DNA from: the human T2T-CHM13v2.0 reference genome, Homo sapiens
Length of the DNA stretch: 64,000 bases
Assembly (NCBI RefSeq): GCF_009914755.1
Contig: NC_060931.1
Strand: one strand, 5' to 3'
Positions 26,486-40,505 of the stretch are shown piece by piece. Numbering within the stretch: position 1 is the stretch's first letter; each line of letters opens with the position of its first letter. The notes beneath the pieces were generated by a model that saw only the letters and a program-made list of their open reading frames with translations, did not search any database and was not told where the DNA came from. The translations under genes were made by a program, and so were the position numbers.

Positions 26486-29400
26486 TTAATTACAGTGTTA
26501 CAGTTTTCTGCATAGATATTCTGTACATATTTTCTTAAATGTCTATGTAAGTGTTTTATTTTCATGCTATTATAAATGGTATTGTGTTTTTCTTTGAAAA
26601 TTCCAACATTTCCATTGGTGGTATATAGGAAAACAATGGACTGTTATCTATTAATTTGTATCCTGCAACCTTGCCATAATCTGCTATTAGTTCCAAGATT
26701 TTTTTTTCTATTTTTTGTTTCATTTTCTACTTTTTTTGTTACTTTTTAATTTTCTATTTTATTTTTACAGTTTCATTTATTTTTACTTTATTTATTTTTT
26801 AACTTTATTATCTGTGGAAAGACAGTTTTGCTTCTTCCTTCTTAATATTTATATCTTTTGTTTTCTTTTTACAAATCTTGTCACACTACCTAGGACTTGC
26901 AGTACAATATTGACTAGAAGTGGTAAGGGAGAATATCTTTGCTTTCTTTCCAACTGGGAGGAAAACATCTGTTTTTCTCTCCATTAGGTATGATGTTAGC
27001 TGTAGGTTTTTCATAGATGTTCTTTAACAGGTTAAGAAAGTTTCCCTCTGTTCTTAGTTTGATGAGAGGTTTTTATTTTTTTAAACCATGAATGGGTATT
27101 GGATTTTTGTCAAATGCTTTTTGTGAAACAATTAGTATGATCACCTGATGTTTCTTCTTCTCCAGGTTTCATTGTGAGAAACCACTGGGGATCCTGAAGT
27201 TAAAACTCATCAAAGTGTGGGGAAAACTAAGACTGGCCTAGCAGGATTTTTACTCTCAAGCTAATCTACACTCAACCTCAAAGAATTTATTAAAATTCAC
27301 ATTTAACCATCTTATCAGTATACATCTTCAAGAGCTTTCGTTTCTGGTACAAAAGTTTCAGCTGCAGTTACTTGTATTCATCTGTCTCTTCAGATTTCGA
27401 GGTGGTGGTCTGTCTTGTGAGCTCAAGTCTCTGGTGATTCTAATAAATGTCATTGATTTTTTAAGTCTTCTCAGATTTATTTCTTGTTTTTAGGATGGGA
27501 GTGGTGACTTCCAAGCTTTTTACATGTGAAAGGTAAACCAAAGTCAACGTGAATCTCCTCTTCATGTCTACAACTGAGCAACAGGTTTTTCAAACCTTGT
27601 AGCTCAACCCCTACTATCTGACAGTCTTTCAGACACAGCTAAGAGTCTATATATCTTTCTGTTTCACAACCTCGCTCTGATACTCTCTGTGTGTTTCATC
27701 ATTCTATCTTTTAGCATGGTTAGGATGATCATCACCTAGAATGGAGAAACCTCCAGAGATTTGAATCTGAGAAAACTAAGTTTCCTTGATTCTTCAGTGT
27801 TTTTTCTGACTACTCAATAGCAGCAATGTAATTTTTCGCTTCTCTACAGTCTGAGAAACATCACAATATAATCCAAGACCATCATGATGAGATCTGGTGG
27901 CTGACATGAGGAAAGTTGTGCTCTGTTTTCTAATGCTTCAGCTACTCAGCTCTTCCTGTCTCTCATCCCTACTTAAAACCTACTTATAGGGACTATCTGA
28001 GATCAGTGAACTTGCACCAGCCACACCACAGTCATCATCAATACATCAACAATTTTCAGGGAGGTACCTTCTCACTAAACAAGTTCTAACTGGATTGGGA
28101 TGAGAGAGAGTGGTAGGGCAGTTCTAGTGAGGAAAGTGCTTGTGTCTAAGTCAGTGGACAACTTGGTAACTCCCTAACTACTTGATAGAAATTATATTTT
28201 TTCTCTCATGGCATATGTTGGTAGAATAAATTATTCTATCTTTGTCTCCTTTTCCCCCATCCAATTTCATTTCATCAGGCTTGAAATTGCTGAAAACATT
28301 TCTCATTTTTGGGAAATGGGCAAGATGGACTTTGATCTGTGTTTGCTGATTGATTAACTTTACTCTTGTATCTGAATGATTCCATTGAAACACATGTGGT
28401 CATATCCAAGTGGGTTGGAAACACATGTGCAAATGCAATTCTGCTAGTACAACACACTTTTAAACAAAATCAACAATAATCCAGGGATAATAAAATTAAA
28501 CTTGAAACTGAATAAAATCTACCCTCACCGATTTATGAAGTTTGTCCAGCTCAGTTTACAAAAGTAGACATTCCCCCAACCCACTCTCCCTGTCTAATAA
28601 GAAGCTCATGATATGTGATTAATTATTAAGGACTTGTGGTTCTCCATAATAAATTTAATTCTGTCAGTCTGCAGGGAAGGCTTGTATGATCAAGTTCAAA
28701 TTTCCAGCTTTGCTCATTTTCCAGTTGCTTAGGAGTTCATAATTTTGAGTCTAGAAATTGCCATCTATACAACTATGAGACACACCTAACAAAAAGTATA
28801 GAACAGGACAGATTTCAGCCATTCACACAAAAATTGTGTGATTCTTGTCATATCCATAGTACCATTGGTATTGTTATTCACCTACTATCTCCCTATCTGA
28901 ATTCTCTATCTAAACTCATCATTATCTTATTTTTAATGTGATCATGTACCACATAAAACCATCTTGCCTACTACCAGTAGTATGTATGTCATGCTTTCAG
29001 AGAAAAACAGATAATCTGAAGTAATGCTTTTTGGAAATATTAAGGAGGAGGTTCAAAAGCCAGTATAAAGGACTCATTAGACATTCACAATCCTAAAGGA
29101 CTTCTATCTGTAGTCACAATAGAGTACTTTGCCAGTCCTCTGTCTTCATTTCCAGCAGCCAACTATGACTTCACAGTCTCTCATGGTGACCATGAGTTTC
29201 CACATCGGTCCCCAGAGCTGATCATTGTGATCTGGGGATATAATTGTGATGTTTATTGGATGGAAGAGCAGTGAAAATTACACTGTTGCTAATGAGAAGT
29301 CAGGAAAACACCAAAAAACCAAAAAACATATGTTTTCTCAAGCCTAAATCTCTGGAGAATCCTTCTAGGTCTCTAATGTGGTGATTGCTTTAAACACCCA

Positions 29401-30077
29401 AATGTGCTGAAAATGCTGCCTGAAGTGGATAGAGGCTCATCATTTGCATGTTATAATAAGGTTCCTAGAGTTCTCAGGTTGTGATCATATTATTTATCTC
29501 ATTCCAACATTGAGAACTTTTCTTGTCACACCTCTTTTATCTAACATAGCAACGCTATTTTTTCAACTCATTTCCTTCTCTAACTTTGTTACCCAATGTC
29601 TACTACATTTTCCTCTTAGTGCTAATCATGTGGGAGAGGTGAGAGAAGTTAAAGACAGCCCTTATACATTGCCATCTCCCCAAAAGAACATCCCATACAG
29701 ACTTAAGCACCTCGATTAAAACTTAAACTATCTGGTATAACTTATCTTGTATAACTTATCTGGTGTTCAATTTATTCTCTCCAAGACCGTTCCTTACCTC
29801 ATTCATTAATCCCTGAGGATTGGAGTAAAGGCTTTCCAGTCCAAGGTAACACTTAAATTTTGTTGGCTCACTTTGCAGCCTCTACATCTTATTCCAAATA
29901 ATTAACCCTGGAAGTTTGGCTAAATAAATTTCAAAGAATCCAAAGTACTATCTTTCCACATTCTCATATGATACCCAGATAATAAAGATAATGAAGAAGG
30001 TAGACTATTTTTTTCAGAAAGGATGGCTTGACATTATTTCTAACCCCTTATCTTCTCTGTTCTCCTCCAGAAACCCC

Positions 30078-30569
30078 TGAAGCAGGAAACAGGGTCTGGA
30101 GGCAGGGAACCTAATGACTTCCTGGAACTAATTTAAATGGAATTAAATTAAACTTTCTAAGCCCAGGTAAATAACTTTGTAACTCTACTTCAGCTATGGC
30201 AGGAAACATCCTCTTCATTGCATAGGGTGTACACCAAGTACATAACATTGTAACCTCACTTCATTCTCTTCATTTGCATAGGGTGTACACCAAGTAAATA
30301 ACTTTGTAACCTTACTTTATCCTCTTCATTTACCTATGGTGTACATCAAGTAACCAATAGGAATCCTCTAGAGGGTATTTAAACACCAGAAAATTCTTTA
30401 ACTGGGTCCTTGAGCTGGTTGTTCTGGCCTGCTACCACCCTGTGGAGTGTGGTTTCATTTTCAACAAATCTCTGCTTTTGTTGCTTTATTATTTCCTTGC
30501 TTTGTTTGTGTGTTTTGTCCAAATCTTTCTTCAAAAAGCCAAGAACCTGGACACCCTCCACCAATAACT
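30078..30569 (+). mobile_element. MER51-family (ERV1) solo LTR
   Basis: Start TGAAGCAGGAAACAGGGTCTGGAGGCAGGGAACCTAA; end CCAAGAACCTGGACACCCTCCACC; 4-bp TSD CCCC at 30074-30077 and 30570-30573. Confidence 0.85.
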
Positions 30570-31465
30570 CCCCTAAGCCATCTGTGCACATACATCTCTT
30601 CTTTCGGAAAACTTAATCCCCTTATTTTGTTCTTTCCTAAGGTCCACCATGCACATTGCACTTTCATACACATCAGCTACAACACTCTGGTGATTAAAAA
30701 TTTTTAACTGTCAAAAATGGTTGAGTTGCTGTACCGGACAAGACTCTGTACTAATGGCTAAGACTTTCAGACTAGTTTTGCATTTATTTCCCCAGATTTT
30801 GATGTCCCATTGGCTGTCTGGTTCAGAATTCATAATGCTTTGTCGGCGTCTCAAGTTAAGTTTGAAGAACATGTCCAAATTCTCCATTTCACCTCCATTC
30901 AATGCAACTGTTGGCAGCATAGAAATTATCTTCAAGGTAAACATGAAGAAACCCTAAGGAAATAATACTTGCCCTTCCATTGGGGTAATGACCTGGCAAC
31001 TGTAGACATCTGGGGGTGATAGGAATTATTCGACAGGTTCTTTTTAAAAATAGGTAATGATCCTTTAAAGGATGAAACCCCATTTCATAACATGCAATTT
31101 TGTTAACCACTCTGTTTAGAAAACCGGGCTCTCTCTGGTTTCCCAGCGCTGGTAGCTCGGCTTGACGCATGAGGTTGGGGCTGCCTGGGTCATGCCAATT
31201 TAGATTACTGGATCTCACAGGATGCTACAAGGCAGACACACCCCAGAGTGACTCACTGAGTGGGAAGTTTAAAAAGATGGTTTTCCTCAGCCATCAATTA
31301 GATAAACCACATTTTCCAGGAGAAAAACAGCGTCTTGAAAAGTTCTTTACAAACAAAGCTTTCTTGCTCATTCAGCTTTGGGTCATGTTTTCTTGTGAAG
31401 GGAAGTATGACTTTAACCTTAATTGCACTTACAAATTAGCAAGTAAAATAATGCCAGCCTTTCCC

Positions 31466-31479
31466 CCTTCCTTCCTTCC

Positions 31480-31510
<31 letters not shown>

Positions 31511-31530
31511 TCCCTATCCTCTCTCTTTTC
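31466..31530. repeat. (CCTT)n/(CT)n pyrimidine microsatellite
   Basis: Directly visible. Confidence 0.9.
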
Positions 31531-32439
31531 CCTCAGAGGAAGACACTTTTATGATTTTAGCTCTGGTAAAATTAGAGTGTTCTTCCTCTTTGCCTCTTCC
31601 CTCAAAGCTGTGGTTTTGACCAACCATGTGATGAATGAGTTATAGGTAGAGGCCTGAGATCTGTTTCTTCTGCCCTGAATAGTCTACTCTTCTTTATACA
31701 TTTTTTTAACCTTTTATTGCAGTCTCATTGAAAACGTACTCAGGAAAGGACATTTGTAAGTTGTGTCTTTTTAAAAATGACAGTTTTGATTTAGGATGTG
31801 TGTCCAGAAGAACTGAACACTGAAAACAAAATCTAAATCTCCTTGCCTTATGGTTATTTTGCATGTTTGGAAAGTACCAAATAAGTTTCTCCCACTGCAT
31901 TGTAAGATTCTCAAAGACAAAACAGGGTATTTGTCATTTCTACCTTCTGATATACTATGTACCTATTACACATAGAATAACATATTCAAAAGCAGATCTT
32001 CATAAAATAAAATATTTTGTACAAAATCTCTCATTTCCCAACTCACTCAAAACTTGAGACCAAGGTGACAGAGTTATTGGCTGGAGTTCCAAATAGATAT
32101 CCAGGGCCATAGAATATTTTGTGCACACTCTTAAAATAGCACAGAATGGATAAGAAATCAGTAGTCCATTAGCACCTTCTCCTTAGTGCACTCCTCCTGC
32201 GAGGGAAAGCACACCTCAGGCATGTGAATACTGGGGATCCAGGAACACTAAGGCATCCCTGTGCTTGCTGGTATCTTAGAATTTTATCTCCATTACAGGC
32301 AATTCACAGCAGCTGAAGATAATATGTGCTCAACAAATTCAGATGAGCGTGTTGACAACAGATGAGCATGATGTGACCAGGTCTACTGTGTGGCTCTATG
32401 TATGGGTGTGTGGGTGTAACATCCCATTTAGGTCTTATA

Positions 32440-32570
32440 AGGCTGAGGACAGCATTATTTTCCTTTCACAAATGAGAAAACACAGGCTCATATGAGTAGT
32501 TCACTCAAAGCCGGAAACCTAAGAATACGACGATCCTGGCTTCAAGATGTGTACTTTTAAATATTAAATA
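32440..32570 (-). mobile_element. MIR remnant
   Basis: Core-like TTTCACAAATGAGAAAACACAGGCTCA. Confidence 0.5.
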
Positions 32571-33815
32571 ATGTGCTTCTACCAAGTTATATGTCCTCTC
32601 TGATATTAAATATTCTGCCACTCATGTCCACTCCAATTCCAGTAGCTATTTTTTTTAGAGTAAATTCACAGCAGAATGGTTGGAAAACAGACACTAGCAG
32701 GATAAAAGAAAGTCTGTGCTCTTTCATGGTTGTATTATGATTCCTTCATCAGGGCCAAAGGCTTCCCTCTTCTGGGGGCTGGTGGTGGGGCAGGTGAAGG
32801 GTTTTTGAGATGGATCTAAACAATACCACCCAAAACTTTCCATATTTCCACTGCTTCCTTGAGTATCTTAAAACCATTCTCTATTTGGGGGGCTTGGAAG
32901 TATCCTGGGCATACGGGTTGGTTGCTTACTGAGGTAATTTAGACAAGTTGACCGTCAGCGCAGCAGGGAACTCTCCTCTTGCACAATCAATGGGCAATGC
33001 AGACACCTGCAGTGGGAGCTCACCTGGAGGGCATTGATGGCCCATGGGCATCATTGGCTTGGCTCACAAAAGGTTCCTTAGTGCTGCATAGAGCTGACAG
33101 AGCAAAGGCTGTGCAGACTCTGAATACTAATTCTGTTCTTCTCTTCTAAGTCCAGAAGATTCCTCACAGGCCTCCAGGCAAACACTCACATCCTTTATCT
33201 CCCAACTGAGGCATTCCACCCATCACTTATTAAACTGTATGCTCTTTTAGGCAGTTTTGGGGAGTTTGCTTTTGAAGTCAAAGCTGAGCACTGTTTTCTT
33301 GTACTTAATATTCTCATAGATAATAGGTGGATTGGGAAAAGTTCATGAATAATAAAAAGCAAGGAAAAATGGGAAATTGCATATTTTTCAAAATATCATA
33401 TAACTCTTAGTACTACAGAGGATCTTACATAAGCTTTTTTTGAAAGATTTTAAAAAAACATCACATTAGCATCATCTTTCCAAAAATTTCGGGGTCCCCA
33501 TAAGCTCCCTCTTAGCCTTTGTGTCAGCATCCATGTTTAGCTAAGACATCCACTAAAGGGTGATATGCAGGTTATAACAAAATAACTAAGGCAATTTAGC
33601 TGCAAGTGGCAGCATTATTGGGTTCTTGATCCTAAAACAAATTAGATAGGCCCATGGGCCTATCACCTCATGTTTACTTGTTTACTCCAAGGGCCCTGGC
33701 TGAGTGATGACCTAGAGTCTTGGATAGCTAAGGCCACTGACTGGACAACTTTTCTTATTAGGTGGTTTATAGTTAACTTTTCTTCCTAGAGAGATGCCAT
33801 TCTTTTTTTTTGGTT

Positions 33816-33856
33816 TGTGTGTGTGTGTGTGTGTGTGTGTGCATGTGTGTGTGTGT
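33816..33856. repeat. (TG)n microsatellite
   Basis: Directly visible. Confidence 0.95.
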
Positions 33857-33862
33857 TTCCAC

Positions 33863-34092
33863 TTGTTTTTTTGGTTTGTTGTTTTGTTTTGTTTTGTTTT
33901 TGTTTTATAATTTTGAGATAGGTCTTGCTCTGTTGCCCAGGCTGGAGTGCAGTGGCATGATCTTAGCTCACTGCAACCTCCCCCCACCTAGGTTCAAGCA
34001 ATTCTCCTGCCTCAGCCCCCTTGGACTGGGACTGCAGGCGCGCACCACCACACCCACCTAATTTTTTTGTATTTTTAGTGGAGATGGGTTTT
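33863..34092 (-). mobile_element. 5'-truncated Alu with (TTTTG)n tail
   Basis: Right arm plus linker, ends at GAGATGGGTTTT. Confidence 0.92.
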
Positions 34093-34554
34093 TAATCTAC
34101 TTTGGGTTGTCTCTAGAGAAAGTTGTCATTTCTTTTCACAATAGAATTTTGAGGTGTCCTGAAATGCAATGCTGTGTAATAAAATGGGAAGAATGAAACA
34201 ACTTTTCATTTCCTCCTGGGAAGTTTCCTTGGAATTTCCTGTTATGGACCCTCACCACTGCCCACCCTACCATGCCAAGTCTCATCTCCATTCAGTTGCG
34301 TGCTCTTGGAAAGATATATAATCAAGACAATTTAGCCCAAGTTGTTGAAGTTTGTTGTCCAGCTGCAATTAGATCCTGATACCTTTTGGTATTAGTATTA
34401 GTATTCTTATGCTAATGCTAGTATTCTTACTATTCTTCTTTAACCATGCTACTTGCCTGTCATCCGCACCAATTTTTACTTATCTTCCAGAAATATGGTC
34501 CATACCATGACATCCCTGTTTCTGTGAAAACTGGTAGAAGTAACATCTACTGTT

Positions 34555-34690
34555 CACTTGCTATATTCCAGTAGTCATCATCACAGCAATCCTTGAGGTA
34601 GGAACTATTACTATCCACATTTCACAGATATGGAAAATTAACAGGGGCTAAGTCCATTTCTGAAAGTCTAAATGGCAGCTGGATGCAGCA
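34555..34690 (-). mobile_element. MIR remnant
   Basis: CAGCAATCCTTGAGGTAGGAACTATTACTATCCACATTTCACAGATATGGAAA. Confidence 0.65.
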
Positions 34691-35549
34691 AAGCTGTTAT
34701 ACTAACAATCATGGTAGCCCCTCTCAGAACCCAGACCCTGGAGCATCTGTAAGCTACATATATGTTGATTCTCTCCTGATAAAAATAGACATAATTCTTC
34801 CAAAGCCTATATGTGTTATTTTACCGATATTTTTAGACATATATTTTTCTTAGAATCCTGTCTTCTAAAATTCTTTATAATTTTCTCATCTATCACAAAG
34901 ACCCAGTATGGCTTTATTCTTACTTATCGTTGAAAATGAAAACAACAACCCGATTAGGGAGAACTTGAAGTTGCCAAATGTTGAAATCAGTTTGTATTTG
35001 TCACACTAAACTCATATCGCTTTCTGTATTGGAATTTGCTAATTGTATATTCTACTTACACTGTCCCAATATATCTGAACTTCAGCAAGCTTTTTAACAA
35101 GGAAGCTTGAGAAAGTCTCTCTTATGGAAATTCTTACCATCATGACCAAAGATAACTGGAGATGAGTAAGCAGGAGGGCTGTTAATCGGCTTGATTCAGC
35201 TTAGAGAGGAGCTCCTAGAACTTAACAGATCTAAAAGCCTAATAAAGTTAATATGTTCATCTAATTCAGACAATGTAAAACTGGAATGGACAATGACAGA
35301 TGTCCATGGAATAGACAATGTCAAGGTAGAGCCAAGAAACCTTAAAATGTGACTGATCATTAAAAAGCATAAATATCCAATAAGCAGAGCCAAAAGTAAG
35401 ATGAAATGTATAAAATGTAGGATGTGACTTACTAGCACCACTGATAAAAAAGAAACAACAACAAAAACAAACTCCAACAACAGTGTCAAAAACTGCCTCT
35501 TTAAGTCAAAATGGGAGTGACCACACACGTTCAATGCAATATTAGAATT

Positions 35550-36415
35550 ACAGTTTTATCTGTCTAAGAGCTAGGTCATGTTTAATGTTTGCTGTAGCTG
35601 TAGGTGTCTGAGGCTGGAATTATTTTTCAGTGTCTTGGTTTTTGTTTCACTTGTCTTTGTGTTTCCCTAGAGACTCCATAAATATCTTCTGAGCCCTGCA
35701 GTTCTTCTCATAATCCATCATTATTATACAGGAGACCTACTGATGTGGTGGTAAAGCATGGAAGAAGAGAACCATTCTGTAATTTTATAATGAAGTCTTA
35801 GTTTTATAGTGAGGCTGTGCCCTGCACTGTGACTTTCACAAGTGCTTCTCAGCTTTTCCTCATCCCTTAGGTGAGAAGGGAAGGCTAAAGGGGGCTGGAG
35901 TTGGGTATTTCCCTTTCCGTAGATTAGGCTCTGGCAAAACAATCTCCTTTGAGGGCAGGCTTTTATTAAGGAGAACAGAGAGCTTTGGGTGTATTTAAAA
36001 ATGGTTACTCTCCCTGCCAGAAAGACTGGGATTTTTTTCTCCAATCTTCACCAAAAGAACATGGTGGTGCTCTTGGAGGTAAAACAAAAAACATGTGGGC
36101 CCTCCCAGAGCTGGGCCCCCAGAGTTTGTAACTCTCAAGTTTATCCACATTGAGCCTATAGCAATTTGTCAATTATAGTTTAAATGTTCTTACCAGCACC
36201 GGCTCCAGCCTCTGGCTTCTGCTCCTCAGCTTCAGCTCCTGTAAACTATGATTCTTAGTATCTGACTCTCTCTCCAGTGTTTGCAGCAGCGGTCTGCTCT
36301 CAATTATCTGATGCCTCTAAGAAGAGTTGTTGATTTTCGGTTTGTTCAGTTTTTGTCTTTTTGTGAGAAGATGAGTGATGACTTCCAAGCTCTTTACATG
36401 TCAGACTGGAAAATC
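35550..36415 (-). mobile_element. L1MC/MD 5'-end (5'UTR) fragment
   Basis: GGGGCTGGAGTTGGGTATTTCCC, GACTTCCAAGCTCTTTACATGTCAGACTGGAAA; homologous to 27160-27545. Confidence 0.7.
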
Positions 36416-37836
36416 ATAATGACAGATATGTACCTAAATATAGTGAGGAGACAGTAGACCTTACATAGTCTACCCACATCCAGGGAGTAGAGTCCAGTTT
36501 TAGCTATCATATCCAGAGAATGGTGAAAAGAAAGTAAAGCCGTGCACAAATAAAAATGATTTAAAAATCTGAAAATCAGTCTGAATCAGTAATAATGCCA
36601 ATACAATTTTGCTACTCAGGAAATTTATCTTCTGTCCTAACGTCACTACTTTGCAAATGCAAATATACAAAATATACAGATAACATTAACAATTTATTTT
36701 TTGTTACTTGACTGTAAGTTGCAAAGTAGTATCTAATGAGATGCCAGGAATTCTGCCATAGAAACAAAAATATTCAGTACTTTCCAGCTACTGTTCATAG
36801 AACTTCAGTAAGTATATTCTTTCTCATAGATAATGATGCTGGTATAATTTGGTAAAGTAATAGTACTATGATTCACCTGCCGGTCCCTTAATGTCTCAGA
36901 AAATAGCAAGAAATACATATTATCCTTGAGCAAAGATGACTCAAAGTCAATAAAAATTTCCCACAAAGAAAACATCAAACCCAGACAACTTTATAGAGTA
37001 GTTCTACCACAATTTCAAGGAAAAAATAATAATTTTAGTTTTTTTATAAAGCTCTTACAGAAAATAGAGAAAGAAGGAACACATCTATCTCATTTTATGA
37101 GTTCAGCATTTTTAGGCCCAAACCTGACTACAACTGTCACATAAAGAAAAAGGATACAACAACCACACTTTCAAACAAAAATGTAAAATATTAGTAATTA
37201 AATAAAATATTAACAATCTGTATGTAACAATACATAAAAAGTTAGTACATCATGAGTAAGGTGAATTTATCCCAGGTATGCAATGTTAGTTTGATAATAG
37301 AAAATCAATTAATGGCATGTGTTACATTATTAAAGAGAGAAAGGTAGATGATTATCTTAATAGATGCTGAAAAGGCATTTTTAAAAGTTCAATATATATA
37401 TATATAGATAATTTTTAAAAAATGTTTTAGCATATTAGGAATAGAAGGAAACCACTAATTTTATAAAAGGCAAGTAAAAACAAATAAATAAAAAAATTAG
37501 AACAAACACCAATCCTAACTGTAATGTTGAAGGCATTTCCTTTAAGATTAGGAGAAAGATAAGGATACCTGTTACCATCACTTCTCTTCAACCGTTGACT
37601 ATAGAATCTATAGTTCAATCAAATAAGAAAAAAATAAAAGCAATAAGAAAAAAAAGAAGAATCAAAACTCTCATTTTTTGCAGGTGATATAATTTTATAT
37701 ATAAGTAGAAAATTTAAAAGAAGCTACAGAAAAACTAAGAAATTTAATAAAAAAGTTTGAAAAGTTTCTTGATAATGAAAATATAGAAAAGTTGGTTGTA
37801 TTTCTGCATTAGGAACAAGCAGTTATAAACAGTTTA

Positions 37837-38170
<334 letters not shown>

Positions 38171-38372
38171 TCAGTGGCAAATAAAGATACAAAAATAACT
38201 AGGAATAATTCTATTAAAAGGCATACAAACCCCTAACATAGCAAATTATGAAATTTTGATTAAAAATCATCAAGGAGACCTAAACAAATGGAAAGAAATA
38301 AACTATTCCTGAATAAAACCTCAATTTTCCCTACATTAAACTACAGATTCAATGAACAGTCCCCCAAAAAGA

Positions 38373-38457
38373 TTAGGCTGGCACAAAAGTAGTTGTTGTT
38401 TTGCCATTAAAAGTAATGGCAAAGGCAAAACTCGCAATTACTTTTGCACCAACCTCA
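38373..38457. mobile_element. MADE1 (Hsmar1-derived MITE)
   Basis: TTAGGCTGGCACAAAAGTAGTTG...CAATTACTTTTGCACCAACCTCA palindromic TIRs followed by TA. Confidence 0.92.
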
Positions 38458-38469
38458 TACCAAAAAATG

Positions 38470-39005
38470 TTCTAGAGAGCACTGTGGAGCTGCAGGGCTT
38501 GGTCAACATGTGTAGGCAAAGGTGGTGGAAGACATACGCAGTGCATCTGAAGGTGCTGAGTCAAGCCAGTCAGTCATAATTTGAATGAGGGAGACTTTTT
38601 CAAATTTGGAAACACATTTGTACATTACATGATTTAATCACTGAGCAAGGACCCCAGGAAATAATGTTAATACACTGCTATGCTAGTTCTTGGATGCCTG
38701 GAAAATTCAGTAGCACCCACCAAGTAAAGTAGAGATGCTGGAATGCTAACAGCAAAAGAAAGGATCAAAAAGTTTAGAGATGTGGGCATGTGAAAGTGGA
38801 TACACTATATAAAGCCAAAACAAAAACAAAAACACACCCTCAAAAACCTATAAGGCCACGTGATTTCACAGGCGGGCCTTGAGGACATTCCAACTGTTAG
38901 ACAATAAATAGTTTGTTCATGAGCCAGACAGCAGCATCACTGAGAAACTCTTCTCTCTAAGCTTGGAATTGTTACTGGAGAACTGAACTCACCGACAGCA
39001 ATGAG
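38470..39005 (+). mobile_element. ERVL-class internal (gag region; ERV3-16A3/ERVL-E-like) remnant
   Basis: GCAAGGACCCCAGGA, GTAGAGATGCTGGAA, GGATCAAAAAGTTTAGAGATGTGGGCATG, CAGCATCACTGAGAAACTC. Confidence 0.6.
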
Positions 39006-39009
39006 TGCC

Positions 39010-39160
39010 AACCAGGAAGCAGGCTCTCACCAGACACCAGACCTGCTGACAATTTGACCCTGAACTTCCCAGGCTCCAGAACTGTGAGAAATAAATGTCT
39101 GTTGCTTAAGCTACTTGGTCTATGGTATTTTTGTTACAGCAGCCTGTACTGACTAAGACA
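39010..39160 (+). mobile_element. MLT1A-type LTR 3' half
   Basis: CTCACCAGACACC...CTCCAGAACTGTGAGAAATAAATGTCTGTTG...GACTAAGACA. Confidence 0.85.
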
Positions 39161-39259
39161 TCTTTCTCCAAGCTGCCTTCAGCGTTGACTGCTGAGAGTT
39201 TATTGTTGACTCTTTCTGTAAGAACTGCCTTTGCCTGAAGGAAGTTGCCTTGCCAAATA

Positions 39260-40505
<1,246 letters not shown>

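Noticed and set aside
31169-31645. 158-aa ATG ORF
   Set aside because: Runs through a CT microsatellite; no domain similarity that I recognise
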